The position numbers and the translations under genes are program-made. Below, one piece after another: positions 17,245 through 33,378 of a stretch of 63,769 bases of DNA. The stretch covers positions 1 through 63,769 of the forward strand of contig DASSIL010000164.1 of the NCBI GenBank assembly GCA_035691925.1, given 5' to 3'. This stretch comes from Gemmatimonadales bacterium (GTDB lineage Bacteria; Gemmatimonadota; Gemmatimonadetes; Gemmatimonadales; GWC2-71-9). Below the pieces are notes generated by a model. That model did not search any database. It had not been told where the DNA came from and saw only the letters and a list, made by a program, of their open reading frames with translations. How positions within the stretch are numbered: position 1 is the first letter of the stretch; every line of letters starts with the position of its first letter.

Positions 17245-18560
17245 AAGTCTGCGTGGTTGGAACCGGATACGTCGGCCTCGTGGTGGGCGCGTGTTTTGCC
17301 GAGACCGGCAATGACGTGCGCTGTGCCGACGTCGATGCGAAGAAGATCGGTGGGCTCAAGGAAAACCGCCTGCCGATCTACGAACCCGGCCTCGAGCCGC
17401 TGGTGGTGCGCAACCAGCGCGAGGGCCGGCTGCAGTTCACCACCGACGTGGCCGCGGCCATCGAGGAGTGCGACGTCGTCTTCATCGCCGTCGGCACCCC
17501 GCCCGATGAGGACGGCTCCGCCGATCTGCAGCACGTCCTCGCCGTGGCGCGCACCATCGGGCAGCACATGAACCGCTCCAAGGTCGTCGCGACGAAGAGC
17601 ACCGTCCCGGTCGGCACTGCCGAGCTCGTCCGCACGGAGATCGCGACGCACACCCAGACGCCATTCCACGTCTGCTCCAACCCCGAATTCCTGAAGGAAG
17701 GCGCGGCGGTCGAGGACTTCATGAAACCCGATCGCGTGATCGTCGGGGTCGATCACCCTGAGTCGCGCCGCGTGTTCGAGGAGCTGTACGGGCCGTTCGT
17801 GCGTACCGGGAATCCGCTGATCTTCATGGACATTCCGTCGGCCGAGATGACCAAGTACGCGGCCAACGCGATGCTCGCCACGCGCATCACGTTCATGAAC
17901 CAGATCGCTGAGCTGTGCGAAGCGGTGGGCGCCGACGTGCAGCACGTGCGCAAGGGGATCGGGTCGGACCGTCGCATCGGCTCGGCGTTTCTCTTTCCGG
18001 GCCCGGGGTACGGCGGCTCGTGTTTCCCGAAAGACGTGAAAGCCCTGGTGCGCACCGCCGATGGCAAACGGGTCCAGCTCGGTGTGCTGGAGGCGGTGGA
18101 GAGCGGCAACGAGCGACAGAAGCGCGTCCTGTTCGAGAAGCTGTCGCGCCACTTCAAGGGCAACCTGAAGGGCAAGACGATCGCCGTGTGGGGACTCGCG
18201 TTCAAGGCGGAAACCGACGACGTGCGTGAGAGCCCGGCGCTGGTCCTCGTCGAGGCGCTGCTCGAGGCGGGGGCACGCGTGCGGGCGCACGATCCCGCCG
18301 CGTTGGAGACGGCGCGCCACGTGCTCGGGGATCGCGTCACCTTCGTGGAGCACGCCTACGATGCGGTCGCCGGCGCCGACGCCCTCGCGGTCGTCACCGA
18401 ATGGCTCGAGTATCGCAACCCGGACTTCGCGCGGATCAAGCAGGCGCTGCAGCAGGCCTTGATCGTGGACGGGCGCAACCTCTATGATCCCGACCGGTTG
18501 AGCCAACTCGGCTTCACCTACGATTGCATCGGCCGGCCGGTGGCATGCGCGTCCTCGTAA
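17241..18560 (+). CDS. ugd: UDP-glucose 6-dehydrogenase
   Basis: GTG 17241 sits in a GTGA overlap. [46 protein letters not shown] and [17 protein letters not shown] all match Ugd. Confidence 0.9.
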
Positions 18561-19480
18561 CCGGCGCCGCGGGCTTCCTCGGGTCTCATCTCTGCGACCG
18601 CCTGCTGGCGGATGGGCACCGGGTGATCGGGATGGACAATTACATCACCGGCACCCCCGTCAACCTGGCGCATCTCGAGCACCATCCGGAGTTTCAGTTT
18701 GTCCGCCACGACGTCACCACGTTCATCGAGGTGGAGGGTCCGCTCGAAGCGGTGCTGCATTTCGCGAGCCCCGCGAGCCCGGTCGATTACCTCGAGCTGC
18801 CGATCCAGACGCTGAAAGTCGGATCGCTCGGCACCCACAAGGCGCTCGGCCTCGCCATGGCGAAGCGCGCCCGGTTCCTCCTGGCCTCGACCTCGGAGAC
18901 GTATGGGGATCCGCTCGTCCATCCGCAGCCGGAGACGTACTGGGGCAACGTGAATCCGGTGGGTCCGCGCGGCGTGTACGACGAAGCGAAGCGGTTCGCC
19001 GAAGCGATGACGATGGCGTATCACCGCTATCACGGTCTCGACACGCGCATCGTGCGCATCTTCAACACCTTCGGCCCGCGCATGCGCCCGCACGACGGCC
19101 GGGTGGTGTCGAACTTCATCATTCAGGCGCTGCGCGGGGAGCCGCTCACGGTCTATGGGGACGGGTCGCAAACCCGCTCGTTCTGCTACGTCGACGACCT
19201 CATCGAGGGCATCACGCGCCTGTTCGAGCGCGGCACGGCTGATCCGACCAACATCGGCAATCCGGGTGAGTTCACGGTGCGTCAGCTGGCCGAGCGCGTG
19301 CTGGCCCTGACGGGGAGCAAGAGCGAGATCGTCCAGCGGCCGCTGCCGGTCGACGATCCGCGGGTGCGCCAGCCCGATATCACGCGCGCCCGGCAGCTGC
19401 TGGGATGGGAGCCGCGGGTGACGCTCGACGAGGGACTGCGGCGGACGATCGACTACTTCCGGGAGAGTGGGACGGGATGA
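18545..19480 (+). CDS. uxs: UDP-glucuronate decarboxylase (UDP-xylose synthase)
   Basis: [44 protein letters not shown] and [10 protein letters not shown] match UXS-type SDRs. The upstream alternative start is 18524. Confidence 0.85.
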   Translation: MRVLVTGAAGFLGSHLCDRLLADGHRVIGMDNYITGTPVNLAHLEHHPEFQFVRHDVTTFIEVEGPLEAVLHFASPASPVDYLELPIQTLKVGSLGTHKALGLAMAKRARFLLASTSETYGDPLVHPQPETYWGNVNPVGPRGVYDEAKRFAEAMTMAYHRYHGLDTRIVRIFNTFGPRMRPHDGRVVSNFIIQALRGEPLTVYGDGSQTRSFCYVDDLIEGITRLFERGTADPTNIGNPGEFTVRQLAERVLALTGSKSEIVQRPLPVDDPRVRQPDITRARQLLGWEPRVTLDEGLRRTIDYFRESGTG

Positions 19481-20448
19481 GCCGCATTCTGGTGACCGGC
19501 GCCGCGGGCTTCATCGGCTCACACCTGTGCGAGGCGCTGGTGTCCGCGGGCCATGACGTGCACGGCTTCGACAATTTCGATCCATTCTATTCGCGCGCGG
19601 TGAAGGAAGGGAACCTGGCGGCGCTGCGCAAGCAGCCCCGTTTTCGCTTCACCGAAGGGGATATCGTCAGCGACCCGCTGCCGACCGCCGGCGTCGAGGC
19701 GATCGTCCATCTTGCGGCGCGTCCCGGCGTGCAGCCCTCGCTCGACGATCCCGCCGGCTACATGGATGCCAACGTGACGGGCACCGCTCGGCTGCTCGAC
19801 CACGCCCGCCGCGACGGCATCACCCGTTTCGTGTTCGGCTCGTCCTCCTCGGTCTATGGAGAATCGACGCCGGCGCCGTTCGCCGAGGACGCAGTGGCCG
19901 ACGGTCCCATCTCCCCGTATGCGGCCAGCAAGCGTTCCGGGGAGCTGGTCAGCCGCGTCTTCACCCACCTCTACGGCACGCGCATCCCCTGCCTGCGCTT
20001 CTTCACCGTCTACGGCCCGCGCCAGCGCCCCGACCTGGCGGTCCATCGCTTTACCGCCCGGATCATGTCCGGTCAGCCGATCGTGATGCGGGGGGACGGT
20101 TCGAGCACCCGCGATTACACGTATGTTACCGATGTCGTGGACGGCATCATCGCGGCCCTGGAGTGGACCGCGGAGGGCGGCCGCGAGGGCGGCGAGCCGT
20201 GGCGCGTCTTCAACCTCGGCGGGGGTGAGCGGGTACGGCTCGACCGCCTCATCGCCCTGATCGGGGCGGCCGCCGGTCGCGCTCCGGTCATCGAGCGCGG
20301 TCCGGACCAACCCGGAGACGTGCCGCTGACGGCGGCGGATCTCTCCCGCTCGGAGCGGGAGCTGGGGTATCGTCCCAAGGTGGGGATCGAGGAAGGGATC
20401 CGGCGGTTCGTGGCCTGGTACCGGGAGGTTCATGGACTCAAGTCCTGA
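19477..20448 (+). CDS. NAD-dependent nucleotide-sugar epimerase (UDP-glucuronate 4-epimerase-like)
   Basis: ATG 19477 sits in an ATGA overlap. [24 protein letters not shown], the YAASK motif and [13 protein letters not shown] are present. Confidence 0.75.
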   Translation: MSRILVTGAAGFIGSHLCEALVSAGHDVHGFDNFDPFYSRAVKEGNLAALRKQPRFRFTEGDIVSDPLPTAGVEAIVHLAARPGVQPSLDDPAGYMDANVTGTARLLDHARRDGITRFVFGSSSSVYGESTPAPFAEDAVADGPISPYAASKRSGELVSRVFTHLYGTRIPCLRFFTVYGPRQRPDLAVHRFTARIMSGQPIVMRGDGSSTRDYTYVTDVVDGIIAALEWTAEGGREGGEPWRVFNLGGGERVRLDRLIALIGAAAGRAPVIERGPDQPGDVPLTAADLSRSERELGYRPKVGIEEGIRRFVAWYREVHGLKS

Positions 20449-21190
20449 GCGTCGAGTCGATCAGGCGCGTGAGCGCTTCCAGCTGCAGGACTATTACGGC
20501 GCGATTCACTTGCTCGAGGAGATCGCGGCGGTGGGGCATGCCTACGCCGACGCGGAGCATCTGCTCGGTCTCTCGTACTCGCTCGTTGGTCAACCCGAGA
20601 AGGCGCTGGCGCATCTCGATCGCGCGCTCGAGCTGAACACCCATTACGTCGAAGCGCTGGTGCATCGGGCGCTGGTCCTCAACGACCTGGGCCGCGAGCA
20701 GGAAGCCACCGAGTCGCTGCGCCGGGCAGGTCAGATCGGCGGCAAGTCGCGGCTCGGGTTCCCGACGCATCTCGCGGCGAAGCTCGCCAACCTGCACGCG
20801 CACGTGGCCGAGGCGTACATCGAAGCCGGCGGCATGCGCGAGGCGATCGGGCAGTACCAGGCCGCGCTGGCCCTCGGTCCCGAGTTTCACGACCTGCGCT
20901 ACAAGCTGGGGCGCCTCCTGCTCCAAGCTGGCCGCGTGCTCGAGGCGCGCGAGCAGTTCGAGATCATCGTGCGCTCGCGCCCCAACTTCCTCGATGCCGC
21001 GGCGATGCTCGGGCTCGCCTGCTACCTGAGCGGAGACGGGCTGTCGGCGCGCGTCGTGTGGGAGGATTGCCGCCGCCGTCGCCCCGAGGATCCACGGGTC
21101 GAGGCGTATCTCGCGATGCTCGATCGCGGCGATCTGCAGGCAGCCGCCGAAGCCGCCGCACGCACGTCGGGACGGCATAGCACGCTGTGA
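20432..21190 (+). CDS. TPR-repeat protein (cytoplasmic, unknown function)
   Basis: 252 aa with repeated A..Y..AL.L.P TPR-like units. No signal peptide is evident. Confidence 0.6.
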   Translation: MDSSPERRVDQARERFQLQDYYGAIHLLEEIAAVGHAYADAEHLLGLSYSLVGQPEKALAHLDRALELNTHYVEALVHRALVLNDLGREQEATESLRRAGQIGGKSRLGFPTHLAAKLANLHAHVAEAYIEAGGMREAIGQYQAALALGPEFHDLRYKLGRLLLQAGRVLEAREQFEIIVRSRPNFLDAAAMLGLACYLSGDGLSARVVWEDCRRRRPEDPRVEAYLAMLDRGDLQAAAEAAARTSGRHSTL

Positions 21191-22095
21191 ACAGGCCTAT
21201 CGCCGCGCTGGCGCTGGCGGCCGCCGCCTGCGCCCAGAGCGCGGCCAATCACGAAGTCCTCGGCGACCGGCTGTACGCTGCGGCCGACTACCGCAGCGCC
21301 CTGGCCGAATACCAGCTGGGATTGCGTGCCGGGCGCGGCAAGGGACTCCACGCCAAGGCCGGCGCCGCCGCCCTCCATACCGGCGACCTCGGTGTCGCGG
21401 CGCAGGAGTACCGCGCCCTGGCGCACGACGATCCCAGCCGCACCGATGAAGCGGCCGACGGGCTGGAGCGCACGGCCCGCCAGGCGGGGGGGGTGAACGA
21501 CCGTACCGCCCTCGCGCAGGCGCTGGACGGCTTGCGGGAGATCGCACCGTCGCGCTCACTCGGGCCCTACGCCCGGGTCGTTGCGCTCGACGCCGCGACG
21601 GCAGGGAACACCGCGGACGCGATGGCGTACCTGCCCACGGCCATCGCCACAGCTCCCGACGCCGCAACCGCCGACTCCCTGTTGTACGTGTACGGGGAGG
21701 CGGCGGCCTTGGCCAAGGATTGCGTGACCGCAGCAGCAGTGTTCGACGGGGTCGTGCGACGGCAGCGGCAGTCTGCGGTGCTGGACGCCGCGCGTGAGGG
21801 AATGGCGCGCTGTGCCTTGATGCGCGGGGAGGCAAACCTCGCCGCGGGCCATCCGGCGGACGCGGAGGTCTGGTTCCAACGGGCGTCCACGCCGGGGGCG
21901 GGGAGCGAGGTGGCGCGGGCGGCGGCGCTCGGTCTCGGCGACGTCGCGTTGGCGCGCGGCGACCTCACGACGGCGGTCGATTTCTACCAACAGGCACGCA
22001 CGGGCGGGATGCCGGGAGACACTTTGGCGCAGCGCGCACAGGAAAAGCTCAACGCCCTCGGTAAAGCGGATTCGACGAGCGCCCCTCAGCACTGA
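21187..22095 (+). CDS. TPR-like lipoprotein (unknown function)
   Basis: GTGA overlap with the upstream gene. MNRPIAALALAAAACAQS is a lipobox-like signal. The body consists of Ala-rich helical repeats. Confidence 0.55.
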   Translation: MNRPIAALALAAAACAQSAANHEVLGDRLYAAADYRSALAEYQLGLRAGRGKGLHAKAGAAALHTGDLGVAAQEYRALAHDDPSRTDEAADGLERTARQAGGVNDRTALAQALDGLREIAPSRSLGPYARVVALDAATAGNTADAMAYLPTAIATAPDAATADSLLYVYGEAAALAKDCVTAAAVFDGVVRRQRQSAVLDAAREGMARCALMRGEANLAAGHPADAEVWFQRASTPGAGSEVARAAALGLGDVALARGDLTTAVDFYQQARTGGMPGDTLAQRAQEKLNALGKADSTSAPQH

Positions 22096-22103
22096 GTGAC
22101 TCG

Positions 22104-22853
22104 ATGCGAGTAACCCCTTTGCTCCTGCTCGTCGCGCTCACGGCGTGCCATCACGGCCAGCGTCCGGTCACGACCGTCGGGCCCGCCGCCCTGCTGGTGC
22201 AGGCGCGGCGGGAGTTCCACGCCGGCGCAATGAGCAAGGCGCTGCAGAGCTACCGCCGTCTCCAGTTTGAGCTGGCCCCCAACGACTCCACGCTGGCGGA
22301 AGCCCACTATTACGTGGCGGAGGCGGAGTTCCAGATGGGCCAGCTGGTGGAAGCGGCGCACGACTTTCGGGAGACTGCCGATCAGTTTTCGCAGAGCAGC
22401 TACGCGCCCACGGCGCTGCTCCGGGCGGGGGACGCGCAAATGCGGCTGTGGCGGAACCCCGAGCTCGATCCGAGCTACGGCCAATCGGCCCTCGCCACCT
22501 ATCAGGAGCTCGCAGGCCGCTTTCCCGGTACCGACGCGACGGCCCGGGCGCAGCTTCACGTGCGGCAGCTGCGCGAATGGTTTGCCGACAAGGACTACAA
22601 GAACGGTCTCTTCTACTTCAAGCGCGGGGCCTACGACTCCGGCATCATCTACTTCAAGGATGTCCTGGCGAACTATCCCGAAACTCCGCGCGCCGTCGAC
22701 GCGTTGCTGCGGCTCGCGGACAGCTATCGCATCATCGGCTACAAGGAAGAACGGCAAGAGGCGTGCGCCCACCTGCGCCAGTTCTATCCGCAGGCCCAGA
22801 ACGTCGAGCGCTCGTGCCCTCCGGCCGCGCCACCGGCCGGCACCACGCCCTGA
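22104..22853 (+). CDS. bamD: Outer membrane protein assembly factor BamD (YfiO-like lipoprotein)
   Basis: MRVTPLLLLVALTAC is a lipobox. TPR units and the typical ...[44 protein letters not shown]... segment are present. Confidence 0.75.
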   Translation: MRVTPLLLLVALTACHHGQRPVTTVGPAALLVQARREFHAGAMSKALQSYRRLQFELAPNDSTLAEAHYYVAEAEFQMGQLVEAAHDFRETADQFSQSSYAPTALLRAGDAQMRLWRNPELDPSYGQSALATYQELAGRFPGTDATARAQLHVRQLREWFADKDYKNGLFYFKRGAYDSGIIYFKDVLANYPETPRAVDALLRLADSYRIIGYKEERQEACAHLRQFYPQAQNVERSCPPAAPPAGTTP

Positions 22854-22857
22854 GCGC

Positions 22858-23427
22858 GTGGACGCGCTGTTCGGCGGCTCGTTCGATCCGGTACATCTGG
22901 GACATCTCGTGGTCGCCGAGGCGGCGGCCGAGGCGCTGGGGGCCCGGGTGCGGCTGATGCCCGCGCGCGAGCAGCCCTTCAAGCGCGGCGCCGCGAGCGC
23001 GACCCCCGAGCAACGCGCGGCGATGCTCGAGCTCGCCGTGCACGGGAACCCCCGTCTCGCCGTCGAGCGCATCGAGCTCGAGCTCGAGACGCCGTCCTAT
23101 ACCGTACGCACGCTGCGGGCCCTGGCAGAGCGCGAGCCGGGGAACCGGTTCACGTTACTGTTGGGGGCGGATGCCGCCCGAGACCTGCCCACCTGGCATG
23201 AGGCGGCGGCGCTTCCCGGCCTGGCGGATGTGGTCGTGTTCGGCCGGCCCGGCACGACTGCGCTCGGTCCGAACCTGCCGATCCAGCGGGTGATCGACGT
23301 GCCCGCGATCGAGGTGTCGGCGACGGAGATCCGGCGGCGGGTAGCCGCCGGCCGCTCGATTCGCTATCTGGTGCCCGACGCGGTGCGCGAGTACATCGCC
23401 GTCCACGGGCTGTATCGCACGAGCTGA
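22858..23427 (+). CDS. nadD: Nicotinate-nucleotide adenylyltransferase
   Basis: GTG 22858 start. LFGGSFDPVHLGHL is the (T/H)xGH motif, and SYTVRTL and ISATEIRRR match NadD. The upstream part of track ORF 22267.. overlaps bamD out of frame. Confidence 0.85.
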   Translation: MDALFGGSFDPVHLGHLVVAEAAAEALGARVRLMPAREQPFKRGAASATPEQRAAMLELAVHGNPRLAVERIELELETPSYTVRTLRALAEREPGNRFTLLLGADAARDLPTWHEAAALPGLADVVVFGRPGTTALGPNLPIQRVIDVPAIEVSATEIRRRVAAGRSIRYLVPDAVREYIAVHGLYRTS

Positions 23428-23433
23428 GGATCG

Positions 23434-26736
<3,303 letters not shown>

Positions 26737-26765
26737 CCCAGCGCATCGCCGCCGCGTTCCGCACC

Positions 26766-26793
26766 GGGCGGCGTGGTTTCGGTACCGCGCCGC
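26766..26793 (+). terminator. GC-rich hairpin downstream of secA (possible terminator/attenuator)
   Basis: GGCGGCGTGGT-ttcggt-ACCGCGCCGCC forms an 11-bp stem including one G.U pair. No clear U-tract follows. Confidence 0.3.
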
Positions 26794-26821
26794 CCACTGC
26801 TCCTCACTACGTTGACGGCCC

Positions 26822-27505
26822 ATGGTCATGGTCGATGCGGAGCAGCCGGCGGTCGATCGCCCGCGTGAACGGCTCTGGCGGCTCGGCGTGCACGCGCTCA
26901 CCGCCCAGGAGCTGATCGCCCTGCTGCTCGGCACGGGATACGCCGGGCGCGGCGCCCTCGAAGTCGCGGCGGAGCTCCTGGCGCGAGTGGAGGGATCGCT
27001 CTGCCGGCTGGCAGGCCGGCCGGCGGTAGAGGTGGCGCGCACTCCGGGTGTCGGACGGGCTAAAGCCGCCCGTCTGGCGGCGGCCCTCGAGCTCGGGCGC
27101 CGGCTCGAGGCCGAAGCGAGCCCGCCGCCCGAGCGCATTCGGGGCCCCCGGGACGTGCAGCGGCTTTGCGCCCCGCGCCTGCGCGATCTGGCGGTCGAGG
27201 AATTCCACGTCCTGGCACTCGGCACCCAGAGTCAGCTCCTCGCCGATCTGCTGATCACCCGCGGGCTCCTCAACAGCTCGCTGGTGCACCCGCGCGAGGT
27301 GTTTCGCGCGGCGATCGCCGAGGCGGCCGCAGGCATCATCGTGGTGCACAATCACCCCAGCGGCGATCCCACCCCGTCGGCGGATGACCGGTCGGTGACC
27401 CGCCAGCTCGTCGAGGCGGGGCGGCTGCTCGACCTCCCGGTGTACGATCATGTGATCATCGGCGGTGACCGCTACATCAGCTTTTCCGAGGCGGGCTTGC
27501 TGTAG
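26822..27505 (+). CDS. radC: RadC-family JAB-domain protein (UPF0758)
   Basis: PRERL...G...L...ELIALLLGTG, HhH GVGRAKA, and the C-terminal HNHPSGDPTPS.DD JAMM motif are present. Confidence 0.88.
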   Translation: MVMVDAEQPAVDRPRERLWRLGVHALTAQELIALLLGTGYAGRGALEVAAELLARVEGSLCRLAGRPAVEVARTPGVGRAKAARLAAALELGRRLEAEASPPPERIRGPRDVQRLCAPRLRDLAVEEFHVLALGTQSQLLADLLITRGLLNSSLVHPREVFRAAIAEAAAGIIVVHNHPSGDPTPSADDRSVTRQLVEAGRLLDLPVYDHVIIGGDRYISFSEAGLL

Positions 27506-27507
27506 CG

Positions 27508-29712
27508 GTGGTGCCTCGCCATCCTCCACGGGTGACGACCACCGCTCCCTCGCTCGCGCCCGAGCTGGCCAAAGCCGTCGCGCCGCTGCGCGAGCGTCTC
27601 GACCTCGATCTCCTGACCCGGGCCTACCGGGTCAGCGCGCAGGCCCATTCCGGCCAGAAGCGCAAATCGGGGGACGACTTCCTGTCGCATAGCGTCGCGG
27701 TGGCGACGATTCTCGTCGAGCAGCAGATGGACTCGACCACGATCGCCGCGGCACTGCTCCACGACGTCGTTGAGGACTCCGACGTCTCGCTCGACCAGAT
27801 CCGGCGCGAGTTCGGATCGGAAGTCGCCGATCTCGTCGACGGGCTCACCAAGTTGTCGGGGTTGACGTTCCGCTCCGCCGAGGAAGCCGCCGCGGAGAAC
27901 TACCGCAAGCTGCTGCTGTCGATCGCCAAGGACGCCCGCGTCATCATCATCAAGCTAGCCGATCGGCTGCACAACATGCGGACACTGGAGCACCTGTCCG
28001 GGGAGCAACAGCGCCGGATCGCTCAGGAGACGCAGGAGATTTACGCGCCGCTGGCGCACCGCTTCGGGATGGCGGGGGTCAAGGCCGAGCTCGAGGATCT
28101 GGCGTTCAAGTTCCTCGAGCCCGACGAGTACCGCGTCCTGATGAAGAAGATCCGCGCGCGCCGCGCCGAGCGGGACCTGACGATCGAGCGGCTGCGCGTG
28201 CCGCTCACTGCGGAATTGCAGCGCGCCGGCATCGCCGAGTTCGAGATCACCGGCCGTCCCAAGAACCTGTGGTCGATTCACAAGAAGATGAAGCGGCGCG
28301 AGAAGCCGTTCGAGGAGATCTACGACCTGCTCGCGGTGCGCGTGCTCGTGAACTCGGTCGCCGATTGCTATCACGCCCTCGGGATCATCCACCACCAGTG
28401 GACTCCGCTGCAGGAGCGCATCAAGGACTACATTGCCAGTCCCAAGTCGAACGGCTACCAGTCGCTCCACACGACCGTCTTTGGGCCGGGCGGTCAGCTG
28501 TACGAGATCCAGATTCGCACGCGCGACATGCACCGCACCGCTGAGTACGGCATCGCTGCGCACTGGCTGTTCAAGGAGGGGAAGGCGCCCGACGAGCTCG
28601 ACCGGCACCTCGCCTGGTTCCGGCAACTCCTCGAGCTGCAGCAGGATGCCCACTCCCCGGAGGAGTTCCTCGAGTTCCTGAAGGTCGACCTGTATCAGGA
28701 CGAGATCTTCGTCTTTACCCCGCGCGGCGACGTGAAGCGGCTGCCGAAGGAGGCGACGCCGATCGATTTCGCCTTCGCGGTGCACACCGAGGTCGGCTAT
28801 CGCTGCAACGGCGCCCGCGTCAACGGCCGCATCGCTCCGCTGCATCGACCACTCAAGAACGGCGATACCGTCGAGGTGCTCACCTCGCCCCAGGCGCGTC
28901 CCTCGCGCGACTGGCTCGCGCACGTGCACACCGGCCGCGCCCGGCACAAGATCCGGCAGTGGATCCGGCAGGAGGAGCACACCAGGAGCGTCGCTCTGGG
29001 GAAGGAGATTCTCGACCGGGAGATCCGGCGCCGCCGCCTCGCCGCTCCCGACGAGGACCAGCTGGCGCAGGCCGCGGCGACGCTGTCGCTCGGCTCGGCG
29101 GAGCAGCTCGTCGCCGTGCTGGGCCGCGGCGACGTCGCGCTGGGGCTCGTGATGCGGGCCCTGTTCCCCGATCTGCCGAGCGAGGAGCTCCAGCCGCCCA
29201 AACCCACGGCGTTCGGCCGCGTCATCCAGCGGCTGCGGCTCGGGCGGGGGATCCGCATCCAGGGGGTCGACGGCCTGATGGTGCGCTACGCCCAGTGCTG
29301 CCAGCCCGTCCCCGGCGATCCCGTGGTGGGCTATGTGACGCAGGGACGCGGCATCTCGATCCACCGCAGCGATTGCCCCAATCTCCTGCCGCTGTCGGCC
29401 GAAGCGGAACGGCGCGTCGAGATCGACTGGCAGGAATCGGAAGGCGAAACGTTCGTGGTGCGACTCGTCGTGGCCGGCGAGGATCGGCGCGGACTGTATG
29501 CGGATATCTGTGAGGCGGTGAGCCAGACGGGGACGAGCCTGCGGCACGCCGAGCTGTCGTCGCGCGACGGTGTGGTGCTTGGCCACCTGCTCGTCGAGGT
29601 CGAGAACCAGACGCACCTCAACAAGGTGCTGCGCGCGGTGCGCCGCGTGAAAGGCGTCACGGAAATCGCCCGACGCGACGTCGGCGCCACCCCCACGGCG
29701 CCGTCCGCCTGA
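27508..29712 (+). CDS. relA: Bifunctional (p)ppGpp synthetase/hydrolase RelA/SpoT (long RSH)
   Basis: 734 aa. It has an HD domain (HSVAVATIL...LLHDVVEDS), a synthetase domain ([10 protein letters not shown]...[16 protein letters not shown]), a TGS domain ([21 protein letters not shown]) and a C-terminal ACT domain. Confidence 0.95.
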   Translation: MVPRHPPRVTTTAPSLAPELAKAVAPLRERLDLDLLTRAYRVSAQAHSGQKRKSGDDFLSHSVAVATILVEQQMDSTTIAAALLHDVVEDSDVSLDQIRREFGSEVADLVDGLTKLSGLTFRSAEEAAAENYRKLLLSIAKDARVIIIKLADRLHNMRTLEHLSGEQQRRIAQETQEIYAPLAHRFGMAGVKAELEDLAFKFLEPDEYRVLMKKIRARRAERDLTIERLRVPLTAELQRAGIAEFEITGRPKNLWSIHKKMKRREKPFEEIYDLLAVRVLVNSVADCYHALGIIHHQWTPLQERIKDYIASPKSNGYQSLHTTVFGPGGQLYEIQIRTRDMHRTAEYGIAAHWLFKEGKAPDELDRHLAWFRQLLELQQDAHSPEEFLEFLKVDLYQDEIFVFTPRGDVKRLPKEATPIDFAFAVHTEVGYRCNGARVNGRIAPLHRPLKNGDTVEVLTSPQARPSRDWLAHVHTGRARHKIRQWIRQEEHTRSVALGKEILDREIRRRRLAAPDEDQLAQAAATLSLGSAEQLVAVLGRGDVALGLVMRALFPDLPSEELQPPKPTAFGRVIQRLRLGRGIRIQGVDGLMVRYAQCCQPVPGDPVVGYVTQGRGISIHRSDCPNLLPLSAEAERRVEIDWQESEGETFVVRLVVAGEDRRGLYADICEAVSQTGTSLRHAELSSRDGVVLGHLLVEVENQTHLNKVLRAVRRVKGVTEIARRDVGATPTAPSA

Positions 29713-29725
29713 TTATTTTGGCGCC

Positions 29726-31756
<2,031 letters not shown>

Positions 31757-32119
31757 GGACCTGGGGAGCGTGCTCCGCTCCCCAGTGATCATCGGCGTCT
31801 CGGGCGACCTCGGGACCGGCAAGACGGCCCTGATACAGGCGATCTGCCGCGGCATCGGGGCGGAGGTCCCGGCGACCAGCCCGACCTACGCCCTCGTCCA
31901 CCGCTATGAGTCGCCCATCGGTCCCGTCTTCCACGTCGACTGTTACCGACTGAAGAACTCCAAAGAGGCACGCGACCTCGGGCTCGACGACATTCTGCTG
32001 CAAAAGGCCATCCTGCTCGTGGAATGGCCGGAGAAGGCGGGGCACATGATGCCGCCGCTCGATCGTTACTTCTATCTCAGTCACGACAGCGACGCCGCCT
32101 ACCGGGTACTGGAGGAGCG

Positions 32120-32854
32120 GTGAGCGGCGCGTGGCTGGCGATCGATACCGCGACCGCAGTCGCAGCAGTGGCGGCGGGGGAGCCGCCTGACGCCCGCTCG
32201 ACCACCCTGCTCGAAGGTCCCCGCACCCACGCCGGCGGCATCGTCGAGCTGATCGATCGCACCCTGCGCGTCGCAGGGATCGCCGTTCCGGAGCTGGCCG
32301 GCATCGTCGTATCTGATGGACCGGGGAGCTTTACGGGATTGCGGATCGGGTGGGCCGCCGCCAAGGGGATCGCGCAGGAGCGCGAGATCCCGATCGTCGC
32401 CATCCCGGCGCTGGCGGCCGCCGCAGCGAGCGCGGCCGCGGTGCTGGGCCCCGTTCCTGTCGCTGCCTGTTTCGACGCGCTGCGCGGCCAGGTCTTCGGT
32501 GCCGTCTATGTGCTGCGTCCCGATCGCCTGGAAGTCGTCGTCGCCCCGGGGATCTGGACGCCGGAGGAGCTGATTGCGGCGACGCCCGAGCGGCCGCGCG
32601 CGACGGTCGGTGACGGGGCGGTGCGCTACGCCGCGGCGCTGGAGCAGTGGACCGGCGCGCGACCGCTCGATCTGCGCGCGCTGCGCCCCACCGCCGCATC
32701 GCTGCTCACGCTGGTGCCGCTCGCGGGCGTCGCGCGGCGCATCGAGGATCCCGCCACGGCCGAGCCGGAGTATGGCCGGCCCGCCGAGGCGCAAGCCCGT
32801 TGGGAGGCTCGTCACGGACGTCCCCTGTCACATCAGACCCGCCCAGGAAGCTGA
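32120..32854 (+). CDS. tsaB: tRNA t6A biosynthesis protein TsaB
   Basis: GTG 32120 sits in a GTGA overlap. WLAIDTAT......, SDGPGSFTGLRIGWAAAKG and synteny in the order tsaE-tsaB-rimI support the call. Confidence 0.8.
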   Translation: MSGAWLAIDTATAVAAVAAGEPPDARSTTLLEGPRTHAGGIVELIDRTLRVAGIAVPELAGIVVSDGPGSFTGLRIGWAAAKGIAQEREIPIVAIPALAAAAASAAAVLGPVPVAACFDALRGQVFGAVYVLRPDRLEVVVAPGIWTPEELIAATPERPRATVGDGAVRYAAALEQWTGARPLDLRALRPTAASLLTLVPLAGVARRIEDPATAEPEYGRPAEAQARWEARHGRPLSHQTRPGS

Positions 32855-33278
32855 TCTGGGGGGACTCGTGGCGATCGAGCGGATTGCGTTCACCGATCCG
32901 TGGTCGCGGATCGATTTCGCCGATTGCCTCCGTCTCGGCTGGCCGATCTACATCGCCGAGAACGGTGGATCGGCGGTGGGTTACATCGTCGGGCGGGCCG
33001 TCGTCGACCAGGGGGAGATTCTGAATCTCGGCGTGACGTTGGCCGCGCGGCGTCGCGGGATCGGCACGGCGTTGGTACGTCGTCTGCTCGAGGATTTTGC
33101 GCGTCGCGGCGTCGTGTCGGCGTTTCTCGAAGTGCGCGAATCGAATCTCCCCGCGCAGCAGTTGTACGAGTCGTTCGGGTTCACGGAGGTCGGTCGCCGC
33201 CCGCGCTACTACCAACGCCCGACGGAGGACGCGGTGGTTCTCCGAGCCGCCATTTCGGCAGACACCACTTCCGCGTAA
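32772..33278 (+). CDS. rimI: Ribosomal-protein-alanine N-acetyltransferase (GNAT)
   Basis: IRPAQEADL..LVAIE...F.DPWS, the acetyl-CoA motif LGVTLAARRRGIGTALV, and LEVRESN..AQQLYESFGF match RimI. The first canonical in-frame start is ATG 32772, which overlaps tsaB by 83 nt. The start is uncertain. Confidence 0.75.
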   Translation: MAGPPRRKPVGRLVTDVPCHIRPAQEADLGGLVAIERIAFTDPWSRIDFADCLRLGWPIYIAENGGSAVGYIVGRAVVDQGEILNLGVTLAARRRGIGTALVRRLLEDFARRGVVSAFLEVRESNLPAQQLYESFGFTEVGRRPRYYQRPTEDAVVLRAAISADTTSA

Positions 33279-33304
33279 AAAGGGTACAAGTGGCGTATCT
33301 TTGA

Positions 33305-33333
33305 TTGACAGAATGACTTGCGAGTCATATAAT
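33305..33333 (+). promoter_or_regulatory. Consensus sigma70 promoter upstream of ssb
   Basis: TTGACA (33305-33310), a 17-nt spacer, then TATAAT (33328-33333). Both hexamers are perfect consensus. AGGAGG lies at 33368-33373, 5 nt before the GTG start of ssb. Confidence 0.6.
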
Positions 33334-33378
33334 CTGGGGCATCCTTGGCCCCCACCCGCCTAATGCCAGGAGGCAGTC

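Noticed and set aside
26822-29712. Adjacent RadC (JAB) and RelA/SpoT genes as a possible toxin-antitoxin or alarmone-based defence pair
   Set aside because: The RSH protein is a full-length 734-aa housekeeping enzyme with HD, synthetase, TGS and ACT domains, not a small alarmone synthetase toxin. RadC is a common housekeeping-neighbourhood gene. There is no evidence for a defence module.
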